From a virus: a stretch of DNA of 64,000 bases. Under the pieces are notes generated by a model. The model was not told the origin of the DNA. It was given only the letters and a program-made list of their open reading frames with translations, and did not search any database. The stretch is taken from positions 1 through 64,000 of the IMG/VR virus record IMGVR_UViG_3300047160_020099; one strand, 5' to 3'. A program made the translations under genes and the position numbers. The first letter of the stretch is position 1. Each line of letters starts with the position of its first letter. Below, piece after piece: positions 63,295 to 64,000 of this stretch.

Positions 63295-64000
63295 ATGGAC
63301 TCGTTACTTGAGCCTGAATTCAAGCAACCGTTTGAGCTCTGGAAGCAGGACCCAGGCCCGCATACGGCTGGTCCTTTCCTGGCGGCCATCGACCCGGTGC
63401 TGCAGTCCGCCATACGGACTTATGGAGGTAGCCGGCCCAGCACGGCGCTGCATAGCCACGCCAAGTTGCTGGCACTCGATGCCGCGGCTCGCTACGACCC
63501 ATCACGGGCGAAGCTGCGTACCCATCTGATGACCAATCTCCAGGGCCTGCGACGCATCGGCGCCCGGCAAACGCAGATCATCTCCGTGCCGGAAAGAGTC
63601 GGTCTGGACCTGCATCGGTTGCATATTGCCAACCAGGAACTGCACGATCGGCTTGGTAGGGAGCCTTCGGACGCCGAGCTTGCTGACCACACGGGGCTGT
63701 CTCTGAAGCGGCTGACGCACATTCGCAGGGCTCGTCCCGGCTTTGCCGAGAGTCAGCTCGTATCGCGACACGAGGACAGTGAAACGACCTTCAACCCAGC
63801 GGTGACAGACACGGGCGATGACACCTGGGTCAACTTCGTCTATCACGACCTGCAGCCGACGGACCAGCTCATTCTCGAACACATCCTCGGCCTGCATGGC
63901 AAACGGGTCTTGTCAAAGCAACAGATAGCAGCCAAGCTGAAGTTGTCGCCTGGTGCTATCAGTCAGAGGGCTGCTAAGATCCAGATGATGCTGGACAAAC
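63295..64000 (+). CDS. Sigma-70 family (FliA/WhiG/SigF-like) RNA polymerase sigma factor, 3' end outside the window
   Basis: Own translation: region 2 ALDAAARYDPSRAKLRTH, IISVPER; region 3 ELHDRLGREPSDAELADHTGLS; region 4 LQPTDQLILEHILGLHGKRVLSKQQIAAKLKLSPGAISQR. Confidence 0.88.
   Translation, partial: MDSLLEPEFKQPFELWKQDPGPHTAGPFLAAIDPVLQSAIRTYGGSRPSTALHSHAKLLALDAAARYDPSRAKLRTHLMTNLQGLRRIGARQTQIISVPERVGLDLHRLHIANQELHDRLGREPSDAELADHTGLSLKRLTHIRRARPGFAESQLVSRHEDSETTFNPAVTDTGDDTWVNFVYHDLQPTDQLILEHILGLHGKRVLSKQQIAAKLKLSPGAISQRAAKIQMMLDK

Noticed and set aside
1-64000. tRNA, rRNA, integrase or lysis genes
   Set aside because: None recognised by eye. Intergenic spaces are short, but a covariance search was not possible.

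Overview
This window is a 64-kb segment of a large, GC-rich (roughly 60% by eye) contractile-tailed dsDNA phage. All credible genes are on the + strand. Order: putative internal-head genes; a phage-encoded, bacterial-type multisubunit RNA polymerase, in which beta is fused to the N-terminal, catalytic half of beta' and carries two inteins 27 aa apart, with the C-terminal half of beta' in a separate gene; an accessory island; the head module (prohead protease, scaffold-like protein, decoration protein, major capsid protein); a second accessory island; surface/fibre proteins; neck proteins; tail sheath and tube; spike; frameshifted tail chaperone; tape measure; baseplate; and a sigma-70-family factor cut off by the window end and absent from the ORF track. 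Five free-standing HNH endonucleases are interspersed. Two dispersed DNA motifs were found by eye. (1) A bipartite promoter-like element, TAAA-N14-GTGKCAY-N6-RTG, occurs 8 times, only in the two accessory islands. With the RNAP and sigma factor it suggests a self-contained phage transcription system. (2) A 14-bp palindrome, AGTATT-SS-AATACT, occurs in 10 perfect and 5 near-perfect copies, both between and inside genes. Head-region proteins are rich in K-x-[AG], a candidate protease cleavage signal. Several genes hint at a Planctomycetota host. All assignments come from manual motif recognition; no searches were run.
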